A stretch of 51,782 bases of DNA from a virus (taxonomy: Duplodnaviria; Caudoviricetes): positions 1 to 51,782 of IMG/VR virus record IMGVR_UViG_3300020472_000039; one strand, given 5' to 3'. Shown here piece after piece: positions 1-9,773 of this stretch. Both the position numbers and the translations under genes were made by a program. Position 1 is the stretch's first letter, and every line of letters starts with the position of its first letter. The notes below the pieces were generated by a model. It searched no databases, had not been told where the DNA came from, and saw only the letters and a program-made list of their open reading frames with translations.

Positions 1-188
1 CAATGAATAGGACTGAGAAAGGTGTTCCATTAGGAGATTTAGAGCAGTTTAAAAGTCCAGAAAGAATTACTTACGAAACAGTAAGTTTAACAATACCAGA
101 TGAAGCTAGAATAAAATGGTATTTAGAGGGGAGTGGTAATACTTACTATGCCCCTAAATTAATAGTGGATAATAATGATTTAAATTAA
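1..188 (+). CDS. 3' end of a gene truncated by the window edge (probably tail/fibre-associated)
   Basis: ORF begins at the window edge with no visible RBS and ends at TAA 186-188; lies in the late arm. Confidence 0.45.
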   Translation, partial: MNRTEKGVPLGDLEQFKSPERITYETVSLTIPDEARIKWYLEGSGNTYYAPKLIVDNNDLN

Positions 189-227
189 TAAATTATATGC
201 ACTTAAAATAGTAAATAAGGAGAAAAA

Positions 228-407
228 ATGGCTAAAGAACAAGATAAAGCAAAAGAAATAGTACAAGAACCTATCAATTTAGAAGAACAATTGAAGGTAA
301 TTGAAGCTCAAATTGCTGAATTGCGTGGAACACACAACTACATAAACAGTCTTTTACAACAAGGCTTTAAAGTTGTGCCTCCAGCTGCGGTACAAGCTGA
401 AAAATAG
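228..407 (+). CDS. small coiled-coil hypothetical protein (59 aa, MAKEQDKAKE...VQAEK), not in the ORF track
   Basis: AAGGAG upstream of ATG 228; hand translation open to TAG 405-407. Confidence 0.75.
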   Translation: MAKEQDKAKEIVQEPINLEEQLKVIEAQIAELRGTHNYINSLLQQGFKVVPPAAVQAEK

Positions 408-413
408 AAATGA

Positions 414-434
414 GGGGGGAGTTAATTCTCCCCT
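414..434 (+). terminator. GC-rich hairpin, probable terminator or processing stem
   Basis: GGGGAG-TTAATT-CTCCCC inverted repeat just after the stop at 407; U-tail is weak. Confidence 0.5.
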
Positions 435-463
435 ACTTTAACACTTTAGATTACGGAGATAAC

Positions 464-751
464 ATGGAAGTAGGAAAAGACACCAAATTCAGTCTTACAT
501 TAGAAACAGCAGTTACCGTACTTGTGACCATAGGAATGGTTATTGGTATGTGGTTTACGCTTAAAGCAGACATTGAAGAAGCAAAAGAGTTACCAGAACC
601 ACCAATAGGTAGAACAGAATATGACCTAAAGGACCAAATGATTAGAAATACAATTATTGAAACTGAAAAAGATGTACAAGAGATTAAAGAAGAACAAAAA
701 GAAATGCGTACAGATGTTAAAAACATTGAGCGTATGTTGATGCAAAAGTGA
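464..751 (+). CDS. single-TM membrane protein with C-terminal coiled coil
   Basis: GGAG RBS favours ATG 464 over 410; hydrophobic AVTVLVTIGMVIGMWF followed by a charged heptad tail. Confidence 0.7.
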   Translation: MEVGKDTKFSLTLETAVTVLVTIGMVIGMWFTLKADIEEAKELPEPPIGRTEYDLKDQMIRNTIIETEKDVQEIKEEQKEMRTDVKNIERMLMQK

Positions 752-760
752 GGTATAGAG

Positions 761-1162
761 ATGAATTATTTATATGGTATTGCATACTTAGTTGGTATAT
801 GTTTATCGTTGTCGCCTTTATATGCTCAAAGTAGTTTAAAAGATTTACAGCAAGTTCAGTTATTAAGTCAAAATGAATGTATAGTAGTCCAGGTAAATGC
901 AGATTGGAACTTTAAAGCATCGTTAGATTTAGGTAAACTAAAGAATTGTACGTGGTTTAATGCAAGTATAGATAATAAAGAATATGGTGCTGCAATAGCA
1001 AGTGAATGGAAGATAGCATCAGTTCCAACAATTATTATGTTTGAGTATGGTAAAGAGATTAAAAGATTTGAAGCGGGTTTATCGTTTAACCTAAATGAGA
1101 AAGAAATCATTAGAAAAATAAACGAAGAGATAGATGCAATAATGTTAAGGAGATTTCAATGA
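761..1162 (+). CDS. secreted thioredoxin-fold protein lacking CXXC
   Basis: signal peptide; VVQVNADWN where F.A.WC..C normally lies; IASVPTIIMFEYGKEIKRF is the thioredoxin cis-Pro motif. Confidence 0.7.
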   Translation: MNYLYGIAYLVGICLSLSPLYAQSSLKDLQQVQLLSQNECIVVQVNADWNFKASLDLGKLKNCTWFNASIDNKEYGAAIASEWKIASVPTIIMFEYGKEIKRFEAGLSFNLNEKEIIRKINEEIDAIMLRRFQ

Positions 1163-2250
1163 TATATTTAGCAAGATGGTTTAAGAAATTATTTTATGGT
1201 TCATTGTTATTAGGAACTTTAGTAGCACAAGACTTTTTTAAGTTTAGCACTATATATGGAGCTTATAATTTTAGTAGTCCAGTAACAAAGGAATTACAAT
1301 ATCAAGTATCTGGTGGTCAGTTACAGGAGTTACAAGAAGAGCTAGATGACCATACAGTTATGACCTTTGGTATTCGTAAACTAGCCAGGTTCGGATATGA
1401 GAACAAAAGCGAAGTTTGGTATTCGGGAAAAGAGGCTAGCATTAATGAAAGTGCTGCTATTGGTAATGTTCCTCAGGGTTGGGAATATGTAATTGAGTAT
1501 TCAGACCATAAAGAGTTTGAAGAAGAGTTTACAAATAAACAATTTATGCTTAGATATATGGGTAAACACTTTATTGGTAAAGCTAACTACGATTATCGTG
1601 GATTAGAAGATGTAGAGTTCGCAGCTGTAGATATGAGATATAAGAAAGACCTTGGTAATCTTGCATTATCATTAGGAGTTGCAGGTCGTTCACATCCAGC
1701 ATATTTAGATTTCCTACCTATTGATTTATGGTGGGATGAACAAGGAATTGATATTAGTGAATCTACTCCATTCTGGTTATTTGCATATGAATATGGCTAT
1801 AGCGATGAATGGACACAGCAATTTACTCAATATGGATATTCTTATTATGACTGGAAATGGTATGATGCAGAAGGCAATCTAGTAGCAAATACAGATGATA
1901 TGTTCTATAAACAGGTCTATGGAGAGATTGTTAAAGATTATAATGAAGAGTATGCAAAAAACCTTGGTTATCAGAATGAATTAAGTTTATCAGTAGGTGC
2001 TGATTATTATAAATACACACCTAAGAATTGGTTTCACTTTTGGACCACAGCATATCCAGTAACAAAGGGTATGTCTGACTATTCATTTAATTATGAAGTA
2101 GCAGAAAATGGAATGGATTATGACTTGGGACTAGTTTACGGATGGAAAATAAGTAACAAGTTTGGAATATTTTTAGAAGGTCGTTATTTTAACATGTACG
2201 ATGTTCAAAGTTATGAGTCCAAGGTTGGATTCAATTGGTTAATATATTAA
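1159..2250 (+). CDS. secreted aromatic-rich protein, probable outer-membrane beta-barrel
   Basis: signal peptide; alternating amphipathic strands (LSLSVGADYY, YDLGLVYGW, FGIFLEGRY); C-terminus ESKVGFNWLIY. Confidence 0.6.
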   Translation: MIYLARWFKKLFYGSLLLGTLVAQDFFKFSTIYGAYNFSSPVTKELQYQVSGGQLQELQEELDDHTVMTFGIRKLARFGYENKSEVWYSGKEASINESAAIGNVPQGWEYVIEYSDHKEFEEEFTNKQFMLRYMGKHFIGKANYDYRGLEDVEFAAVDMRYKKDLGNLALSLGVAGRSHPAYLDFLPIDLWWDEQGIDISESTPFWLFAYEYGYSDEWTQQFTQYGYSYYDWKWYDAEGNLVANTDDMFYKQVYGEIVKDYNEEYAKNLGYQNELSLSVGADYYKYTPKNWFHFWTTAYPVTKGMSDYSFNYEVAENGMDYDLGLVYGWKISNKFGIFLEGRYFNMYDVQSYESKVGFNWLIY

Positions 2251-2264
2251 TAATAGGAGAAAAT

Positions 2265-2411
2265 ATGGTAGGATTTATAGTAGGATTAGCTTTAGGCTTT
2301 GGTCTTCATTATGCACTATGTAAGTATAATGACAAATGTAAATGTTTTGAATTTGCAAAACTTAAAGCAAAAGTTGTAAAAGCGAACAAAAAAAAGAAAG
2401 GTAAAAAATAA
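2265..2411 (+). CDS. 48-aa membrane peptide with basic tail (MVGFIVGLALGFGLHYALC...KKKKGKK), not in the ORF track
   Basis: AGGAG RBS; TAATG overlap with the holin start. Confidence 0.7.
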   Translation: MVGFIVGLALGFGLHYALCKYNDKCKCFEFAKLKAKVVKANKKKKGKK

Positions 2412-2782
2412 TGCCTAAACTAAATGTAGTTGCTGGTATTATTGATAAGGTTGCAGGTCATGTAGACAAGTTTACTTTAGACAAACAGGAGAAAGCTGAA
2501 TTAATTGCAGAAATTAATAAAGCACAAATGGAAGTCAATAAAGTTGAAGCTGGTCATACAAGTATCTTTGTTGCGGGCTGGAGGCCCTTCACGGGCTGGA
2601 TATGTGCTACAGCATTAGGGTATCATTTTTTATTGCAACCTTTACTTACATTTATTATGTATAGTTTTGGAAATGAAATAGTATTACCAACCTTTGATAT
2701 GGGCACTCTTACAACAGTACTTCTTGGAATGCTCGGTCTTGGGGGGATGCGCAGTTTTGAGAAGGTGAAACGTAGTGCCTAA
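2411..2782 (+). CDS. holin (3-TM GTA-type / DUF3154-like)
   Basis: FVAGWRPFTGWICA and LLGMLGLGGMRSFEK motifs typical of this family. Confidence 0.85.
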   Translation: MPKLNVVAGIIDKVAGHVDKFTLDKQEKAELIAEINKAQMEVNKVEAGHTSIFVAGWRPFTGWICATALGYHFLLQPLLTFIMYSFGNEIVLPTFDMGTLTTVLLGMLGLGGMRSFEKVKRSA

Positions 2783-4349
2783 ACAAGAATATGTATTACA
2801 AGGATTTCACGGCGGAATTAACAATAATTCAGACTCTAAAGATATACAAGATATAGAATTTAGAGAAGCTGATGGTGTATCTATTCATGAATTAGGTAGA
2901 TTGACTAGCATTGGAAATTTAAATAGTGCTTTGGCTAACTTATCAGGTGCAGCAGCAGATATAGAGCCAGGTTATGGTTTGCATTATTTTTCAACTGATT
3001 ACGACAATTCAGAAGCAAATAGTTCAGAAGATTGGTTAGCAATTTACAATAAAGGCTCTTCACATAAAGTAAAATTTTATTATAGAGATAAAGACGGCAA
3101 TAGTCCTAATTTTACTAGTTCTGGAAATGAAGTAGTAATGGGTAGTGGAACAAAACCTAATTTTTATTATGCTGATGGATTTTTAAGAATAGGGGATGCT
3201 TCTCACACTAATACAAGTCAATACTTTGGTTATATTGATAGCAACTTATTCTGGACAAGTTCTTCTGGTCAATCGCAAAATTTACATGATATTCATAAAT
3301 GGAAACATGGAATTCAAAAATTAAAAGGGTTTGATAGTATACTTGGCGATACAGATAGAATGGTATTGTTTAATGGAAATACTTCTGCCCCAGAAGATGG
3401 AACAGGAACTTCTAACATACATCAAACTGAAAAGAAATTAATTTTATCGTATTGGACAAATGACGGAGGAGATTGGAACGGAATATATGAATTTGCTGCT
3501 ACTCCTGTTTATCTTGGAAACCAAGAAGGCGAATTGAGTATATTTAAATCAGGTTTAAACAATATTAGTACAGCTCATTTTTATAATCAAGAAGTTATAT
3601 TTCAAGTATTTATACCTACTGGAGAAGATAGTAATAGTGGCATTACAGCAGATGCTGACCATAGATTAGGAGATGATAGAATTATAGGTGTCAATTTTTA
3701 TTTTAGAAAACAAGGAGAAGAAGATTGGACTTTTTTAATGGATACTGATTTAATTGAAGGTGGTAAACATTATTGGAAATTATATAATTCAGATACAGAA
3801 ACTAATTACGGATATTGGACTGGAGCTGAAGTTACTCCATCAGCTGGAGGTTCTACTCAAACAGTATTTGAAGGTATAGATATTTTAGAGGATAGTACTA
3901 CTAATGCTACTCACATCGCTTTTTTCGATGCTGTAAATGGAAGTGGGAATAATTGGGAAGGAACTGGAAGCGCCGCTTCTCAAAAAGGTAAATCATATTT
4001 TAATGTACACTTGAGAGTAAAATTAAGCAATACTAATGTTAATGGATTTACTAATAGATATGGATTTTTAAGAATATGGGGTGGAGCAAATTCTCCTTTA
4101 TATGTAGGTACTGTAAGTAATGCTCAAATTCCTTTTTTAACAGGACAAGCTGGAACTCCAGGTACAGATTATGATACATACTATATACCAATAGCTTTAC
4201 CAGGATTAGGAACCGCTAGAGAGTTTAGAGTAGAATTGTTAGATGAAAATTTTACAGTTATAGCTGATAGTGGAATTAAAACTATGGATATTGAAGATAG
4301 TGGAAAAGCTGCACCAGAAGATTTTGAACAAACTGTGGAGATAGGATAA
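2775..4349 (+). CDS. virion tail stabilisation/nozzle-like protein, N-terminal part
   Basis: N-terminal FHGGIN...D..DI pattern; beta-rich; located before the ejection operon. Confidence 0.5.
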   Translation: MPKQEYVLQGFHGGINNNSDSKDIQDIEFREADGVSIHELGRLTSIGNLNSALANLSGAAADIEPGYGLHYFSTDYDNSEANSSEDWLAIYNKGSSHKVKFYYRDKDGNSPNFTSSGNEVVMGSGTKPNFYYADGFLRIGDASHTNTSQYFGYIDSNLFWTSSSGQSQNLHDIHKWKHGIQKLKGFDSILGDTDRMVLFNGNTSAPEDGTGTSNIHQTEKKLILSYWTNDGGDWNGIYEFAATPVYLGNQEGELSIFKSGLNNISTAHFYNQEVIFQVFIPTGEDSNSGITADADHRLGDDRIIGVNFYFRKQGEEDWTFLMDTDLIEGGKHYWKLYNSDTETNYGYWTGAEVTPSAGGSTQTVFEGIDILEDSTTNATHIAFFDAVNGSGNNWEGTGSAASQKGKSYFNVHLRVKLSNTNVNGFTNRYGFLRIWGGANSPLYVGTVSNAQIPFLTGQAGTPGTDYDTYYIPIALPGLGTAREFRVELLDENFTVIADSGIKTMDIEDSGKAAPEDFEQTVEIG

Positions 4350-5527
4350 TGGCTAAATACGCAGTAATGAATCCAGGTAAATATCATTTAGGAAAACCTT
4401 TTAATTTTCCTCCTATACAAAATAGAACATACGATGAAGATAATATGATTTTTGATATAAAGTGGAAAACTTCCGCATACATTAATAGAAGAGTGTATTT
4501 AGGGAATGTAAAAATAACATACAAAGACGGAAAAACAAAATTGTTAACCGATAGTATATTTAAATCTAAAGCTAGTAAGTTTGATAGTTTTACATTGGAT
4601 GGTCGTATAGATGTTGCTATAGGAGATGGAGAAGATATAATTAGACTAGCTGGATATGCAGATAGATTGTTACAATTTAAACAAAACACTTTACATATTA
4701 TTAATGTAAATAAAGGTCAAGAATTTTTAGAAGCAACACATAAGTTTAAAGGAATTTCTCATCACAACGCAGTTTGCGAGTTTGATTATGGGGTTGCTTT
4801 TTGTAATGCTCATGGAATTTATTTGTATGATGGTCAACAAATTAGTGAATTATTTGTGAAACAAGGAATTAGATTAATATCTGAAGCTGATTGGACATCT
4901 TTTTATAAAGAAGGCGAAACAATGGTTGGATATATACCTAATAAAAAACAATTGTTGTTTGTAAAAGGAGTTACAGGAAATGATAGTGGAGATATAATGA
5001 TATATGATTTAATCACACAATCTTTTACAAAAGGAACAGGTAGATTAGGAGTTACAGATAAAACAAACTTAATTAATATGTGGGACAATCAATTAATTCA
5101 TGGATATGAAACCACTAGCAACTCAGGAACAATAACTGTGAAACCTTGGAAATCTATAGGTTCAGTAGCGGTTAATAATTTTAAAGTAGAAAGTAAAGAT
5201 TTTAATTTTGGCACAGAATCTAAGAAAAAAGTATCTAAAGTAAGAATTACTTATAAAGGAGCAAATGGTAGCAATTTAAATATTTTACCAAAATATTCTA
5301 TTAATGGTGGAGATTTTACTCATTCATTTAAAGATAGTGCTGGTAGTAATATAACAAACATAGCAGGTAGCTCTAATTGGACTGAAATTGACCTTTATAC
5401 TGATTCTAATGCTAATAATATAAGAAGTTTTGCATTTCAGCTTACAGACGTTTCTGGGCAAGATGTAGCAAGTGATTTTCAAATTAATGATGTAACAATT
5501 ATTTATAGAAGAAAGAGTGTAAAATAA
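4349..5527 (+). CDS. virion tail stabilisation/nozzle-like beta-propeller protein
   Basis: GDGEDII.L...DRLLQFK, GIYLYDG and ESKDFNFG..KK...V.ITYK motifs of P22 gp10-like tail proteins; TAATG coupling. Confidence 0.6.
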   Translation: MAKYAVMNPGKYHLGKPFNFPPIQNRTYDEDNMIFDIKWKTSAYINRRVYLGNVKITYKDGKTKLLTDSIFKSKASKFDSFTLDGRIDVAIGDGEDIIRLAGYADRLLQFKQNTLHIINVNKGQEFLEATHKFKGISHHNAVCEFDYGVAFCNAHGIYLYDGQQISELFVKQGIRLISEADWTSFYKEGETMVGYIPNKKQLLFVKGVTGNDSGDIMIYDLITQSFTKGTGRLGVTDKTNLINMWDNQLIHGYETTSNSGTITVKPWKSIGSVAVNNFKVESKDFNFGTESKKKVSKVRITYKGANGSNLNILPKYSINGGDFTHSFKDSAGSNITNIAGSSNWTEIDLYTDSNANNIRSFAFQLTDVSGQDVASDFQINDVTIIYRRKSVK

Positions 5528-5838
5528 TGGCAGAACAAGCAGAGAAAAAGTTTCAAGTTAGACAGACTGGAGTAGGCGGAGGAAGTAGAAGCGGAAATCA
5601 AGTTCTTAGAAGAAAAGTACGTCAAGAATTTCTTGGCGAAAAAGAACAATTTATAAATGAACTTCCTTCAAATACCGATGGTAAAGATGGAGACTTAGTA
5701 TTATATGAAAATAAAAAGAATTTTAATGTTATAGAGCAATTATTGAAAATAAGAGGTCAATGGATAAACCTTACTACTGGTAGACCATTAAAGGATTCTG
5801 CTAAAGTAAGAAAATGGATACAGGGGAAAACAGGGTAA
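5527..5838 (+). CDS. hypothetical virion-associated protein
   Basis: translationally coupled ORF; PSNTDGKDGD motif. Confidence 0.6.
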   Translation: MAEQAEKKFQVRQTGVGGGSRSGNQVLRRKVRQEFLGEKEQFINELPSNTDGKDGDLVLYENKKNFNVIEQLLKIRGQWINLTTGRPLKDSAKVRKWIQGKTG

Positions 5839-5850
5839 TAAATAAAACTG

Positions 5851-5879
5851 TTGATATTAATGAATAAAATAAATAAATT
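5851..5879 (+). promoter_or_regulatory. sigma70-type promoter for the ejection/cargo operon
   Basis: TTGATA-17 bp-TAAATT in the intergenic gap; same pattern at 44623. Confidence 0.65.
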
Positions 5880-5908
5880 ATACGGAAAATCTATGAGGGA
5901 AAATTATT

Positions 5909-7249
5909 ATGCCTAAAAAACGTATTAGTCCAATCGGTTCATCAAGACAAAGAGCTAGTTCTATTTTGTCATCAATTAAAGGTTTGCAATATCAGAGGAC
6001 TGCTGACTTAGAAAATGTTCAATATGAAGTAGAAGGTTTAAAATTAGACAATTTAGCAAATCAAGGTTTAATAGAAATAGGTTTACAAACTATACAATAT
6101 GGAAAAAATAAAGCAGAATTAAACGAATTAAAAAACAAAGCTGAAAGAGGCGTTAATGCTTATAGGAAAATGACTGGTAGCCAAGTAACAGAACATAAAG
6201 TTATTAAAATGAAAGATGTTAAAGAAAGAGAGGATTTATCTATTTGGGATATAGGTAAAGAAGAATGGTTTTTTGATGATGGAAAAAGCTTTTCACTTTC
6301 ACAGGTAATGGTTTTTGATGATTATTACCATAAGAATAATTTTGAAAATATTTTTGACTCAGAAGCTACTCAACAATTAATGAGTGGAGAAGGTGAGAGA
6401 GGTTATATTGATTGGAGCTATGAAAATTCTAATGTTTCTACTGTTCCTTTAGAAGGTAGCAAAGAAGACGCTCTTAACGTAGCAATGTTAAAAAATGTTG
6501 ATATTCAAAAAAGAGTTGGTGAGTTTTTATGGAAAACAAGAGGACAAGGGGAAGGTTGGGCTAAAAAAACAGAAGATGGTTTTTTAAGGATGTATAATGA
6601 CCATAATACTGGTACTGAAGGATTTATTAATGCTAAAACTATTCAAGAATTAGGGAAAAGATTTATGGTAGACGGAGAAACTAGTATAATGGGTAAAGAC
6701 TCAGTAGGGCATACTGCTTTTGATTATTTAGCATATCTTGAATCTGGTTATGACCCAGAAGGTCTATTTGGACCTGCAACTGACGAATTTACATTTATTC
6801 ATCCATTAAACGAAGATGGAAGTAGAGATTATGGTGTATTGGGGATTAATGATAGACATGTAAGAGAAATAGATTGGAAAAATTTACATAAAGGCTCAAA
6901 AAGTTTTGGACAAGATGTAGTAACATATCAAAAATCTGCTGTTGATGGAAAACCAGATACTACAAGTAGAGCAATAGGAAATTATTTAGATTCATTTTTA
7001 CCTACACAAACTGAAGAAAAATATGGATTATTTGGAAGAAAAACTCGAATGGTTCAAGGAGAAAATGAATGGGAAGACGAATTAGCAGAATTAGCGGCTT
7101 ATGTTCCAGATAAGAAAAAAAATCCTTATGATATGCCAGTGTTAAACGAAGATTTTGAATTTACTACAACAATAGGTCAACCAATAATAGATGAAGACGA
7201 ACAATATAGTTTTTTAAATGACGATGAAGACGGAGTGTATATAAAATGA
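5909..7249 (+). CDS. internal virion protein with lysozyme/lytic-transglycosylase-like motifs
   Basis: LAYLESGYDP (catalytic Glu-Ser) and NEDGSRDYGVLGIND. Confidence 0.55.
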   Translation: MPKKRISPIGSSRQRASSILSSIKGLQYQRTADLENVQYEVEGLKLDNLANQGLIEIGLQTIQYGKNKAELNELKNKAERGVNAYRKMTGSQVTEHKVIKMKDVKEREDLSIWDIGKEEWFFDDGKSFSLSQVMVFDDYYHKNNFENIFDSEATQQLMSGEGERGYIDWSYENSNVSTVPLEGSKEDALNVAMLKNVDIQKRVGEFLWKTRGQGEGWAKKTEDGFLRMYNDHNTGTEGFINAKTIQELGKRFMVDGETSIMGKDSVGHTAFDYLAYLESGYDPEGLFGPATDEFTFIHPLNEDGSRDYGVLGINDRHVREIDWKNLHKGSKSFGQDVVTYQKSAVDGKPDTTSRAIGNYLDSFLPTQTEEKYGLFGRKTRMVQGENEWEDELAELAAYVPDKKKNPYDMPVLNEDFEFTTTIGQPIIDEDEQYSFLNDDEDGVYIK

Positions 7250-7836
7250 GTAGCTACGGTGGTGGAATAGGTAGTACCGCAGCTACAACTGTAGCTGGAG
7301 GAACTGGAGCAGCAACAGCAGCATCTTGGGTAAATCCAGCAATGTTTGGATTGCAAGCTTTGGCTATGGTAGGTTCAGCAAGAAATCAGGCAAAGCAATC
7401 AAGTGCTCAAATAAGAGCAAATAATACTGCAATAAAAGATATAACTGCTCAAATAGGCATGACAGATGAAGCAGCAGTAGCTCAAGGTGAAGTAGCTCAA
7501 GGTGATTATTATAGAGGCTGGAATCAATCAGGACAAAAATATTCTAATATGTTTGATGATTTATTTCAAAAACATGAAACTAATTTAGGTATTCAAGGTT
7601 TTGCTCATAGTGGTGGTTTAGAAAGAAGCACAGAATTGATGGGCGAAAGAATGAATCAAGAATTTGAAACTGGTAGAGAAAATCTATTAGATAGTTTAGA
7701 CAAAAGTCTAGCAAATATAAGTGAATGGCAACAATCTGAAAAATTTAGATTAGAAGCTGATAAAACAAAATTAAAAGCACAAAATAGAGTTCTAAGAAAA
7801 AGCAATACAACTTGGAAAGCATTAGGATTCGGTTAG
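7246..7836 (+). CDS. small DNA-ejection (pilot-type) protein
   Basis: Gly/Ala-rich hydrophobic N-terminus followed by Gln/Ala helical region, like T7 gp14 or P22 gp7 class. Confidence 0.55.
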   Translation: MSSYGGGIGSTAATTVAGGTGAATAASWVNPAMFGLQALAMVGSARNQAKQSSAQIRANNTAIKDITAQIGMTDEAAVAQGEVAQGDYYRGWNQSGQKYSNMFDDLFQKHETNLGIQGFAHSGGLERSTELMGERMNQEFETGRENLLDSLDKSLANISEWQQSEKFRLEADKTKLKAQNRVLRKSNTTWKALGFG

Positions 7837-7845
7837 GAAACAATT

Positions 7846-9768
7846 ATGCCAAATAAAGTAGCAGATGTAATGGGAACTCTCAATAAAATGATTGAGGGAG
7901 ATATAGCAAAAATTCGTGCTGAGCAACAAGGTGCTTATAGAGGATTAGAGTTATCTTTAAGAGAAAGAGAAGGAGATAGAGCTCATGAATTAGCTTTAAA
8001 AGAATTAGAAGAAAAAGAAAGAGCAAGATTTAAACAGGAAACAGCAGAACTTAATGGTATGGTTACAGCTGCTGAAATTAAACATTCTAATTCTATATAT
8101 GCTCAATTAGAAGGTAGTATAATGGATGGTATTTTTTTAACAAAAGATGGCACAAAATATGATTATACTAAAAAGAATAAAAAGAAATTAGTAGATAAAT
8201 TTAGAGCAGCTGGTTTTCAAGACGCAGAAAGTATGGCAAGATTGTTTATTATGCAATCTCAAGGAACTACTGACGCAAATGGAAATAAAGTAGAAAGCGC
8301 TAACAATGAAAATATAATACAAATTGCTCAAACCTTTGCAACTACATTAGCTGCTGACCCTACTAAAATTAATAGTTTTATTGATGCTGGTATTTTTCCA
8401 GAAAATGAAGCACAATGGTCTTCGCTAACTCAAAACCTAAATCAAATACTTACTTTAAGAGATACTGGACTTCAATTACAAGAAGAATTAATGGGATTAA
8501 CTCGAGGAGATTTAGAATACGATAGAGATTATCATGGTATATTTTGGGATATGGGAATGGGTCAAGCGCCTCCTGGATACGAAAAAGGAAGTGCAAGTGA
8601 AGGTATGGCTGGAACTGAAACTGGAGATAGAGTTGATATTAGAGACCCAGATAAACCGCCTTCATCATTATTTGCAGAGTATAACCAAAATCACGGTGAT
8701 TATACATTGAATAATATGAAATATTTGCTTACTCAAGAAGTAGGCAATAATCCTTCACATAGAAAGAATTTAATGAAACTTGTAACTGAAAATAGTCAAT
8801 ATTTAGAAGACGATTACATATTTATGCCTATAAGCTTTGGAATGGATGATATGGGAGACGATAGAAGAGCTATTGCCAATCAAACTAAGGAAAATGTAGA
8901 TACTTTATCAGACCGAATGAAAACTGAAATAGAAATAATATCGAGGTTAGAAAGTAAATTATCTAGCGGTAGAGGAAGTGGTGATGGAGTTGTAGGACAA
9001 CTTAAAGGAACAACTGATACAGAGAAAATGAATATTCATAGGCAAATAGCTGCACATACTGGAAAACTAGCATTATTACAACAAGATTATAAAACACACC
9101 AAGAATTTTCTAATAGGGCTGTACAAGAATCTTATGGATATACTGACGAACAAGGAAGATATTTTCCTGGAGGAGATAAAACTTTAGGAGATTTTATGAA
9201 AGGTGATTACGCTTTTAATTTCTTAGGTATTAACGATGCTATAGAAGCAGCTAAAAAATTTCAGCAAAGTCCTATGGCAGAAGCTTTAGATGCTTACCAA
9301 CCACTTGGAGTTGGGATTAAAGATGTGCCAATTGGTAATCCATTACAAAATGTGCTTTACGGGATGTCACATATATGGAGTGGAGATAGATGGAAAACAA
9401 AAAATATACCAGCTATTAAATCTGGATTAAGATATTTAGATACAGATAGAGATAAAACATTTACCGCTGATTTAAGTGATGTTCCAGGTTCTTTATTTGA
9501 AATAGATTTAAGAACAGCTAACGAAAAAGACGTATATATGGATAAATATTTAGAAAGAGCATATACATCGCAAAGAGAATCAGTTCCTTCTGAATGGTTT
9601 GAAACGAGAGATGAAAATAGAATAGCTGCTAAAAATTGGTATAATCAAAAAGAAGCCACAGATAATAGTGCAATGGAGAGCTTAGAATATATACAAGGTT
9701 TACCATTTAGAGGAACTTCTATTTTAGAGATGTCAGACGTGTTAATGCCTGAAAACACTAATAAATAA
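7846..9768 (+). CDS. internal virion/cargo protein
   Basis: 640-aa helical ORF between the pilot-like gene and the giant RNAP gene. Confidence 0.5.
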   Translation: MPNKVADVMGTLNKMIEGDIAKIRAEQQGAYRGLELSLREREGDRAHELALKELEEKERARFKQETAELNGMVTAAEIKHSNSIYAQLEGSIMDGIFLTKDGTKYDYTKKNKKKLVDKFRAAGFQDAESMARLFIMQSQGTTDANGNKVESANNENIIQIAQTFATTLAADPTKINSFIDAGIFPENEAQWSSLTQNLNQILTLRDTGLQLQEELMGLTRGDLEYDRDYHGIFWDMGMGQAPPGYEKGSASEGMAGTETGDRVDIRDPDKPPSSLFAEYNQNHGDYTLNNMKYLLTQEVGNNPSHRKNLMKLVTENSQYLEDDYIFMPISFGMDDMGDDRRAIANQTKENVDTLSDRMKTEIEIISRLESKLSSGRGSGDGVVGQLKGTTDTEKMNIHRQIAAHTGKLALLQQDYKTHQEFSNRAVQESYGYTDEQGRYFPGGDKTLGDFMKGDYAFNFLGINDAIEAAKKFQQSPMAEALDAYQPLGVGIKDVPIGNPLQNVLYGMSHIWSGDRWKTKNIPAIKSGLRYLDTDRDKTFTADLSDVPGSLFEIDLRTANEKDVYMDKYLERAYTSQRESVPSEWFETRDENRIAAKNWYNQKEATDNSAMESLEYIQGLPFRGTSILEMSDVLMPENTNK

Positions 9769-9773
9769 AATAT

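Noticed and set aside
410-463. Upstream ATG start for the 113-aa ORF
   Set aside because: Runs through the hairpin and lacks an RBS; ATG 464 has GGAG
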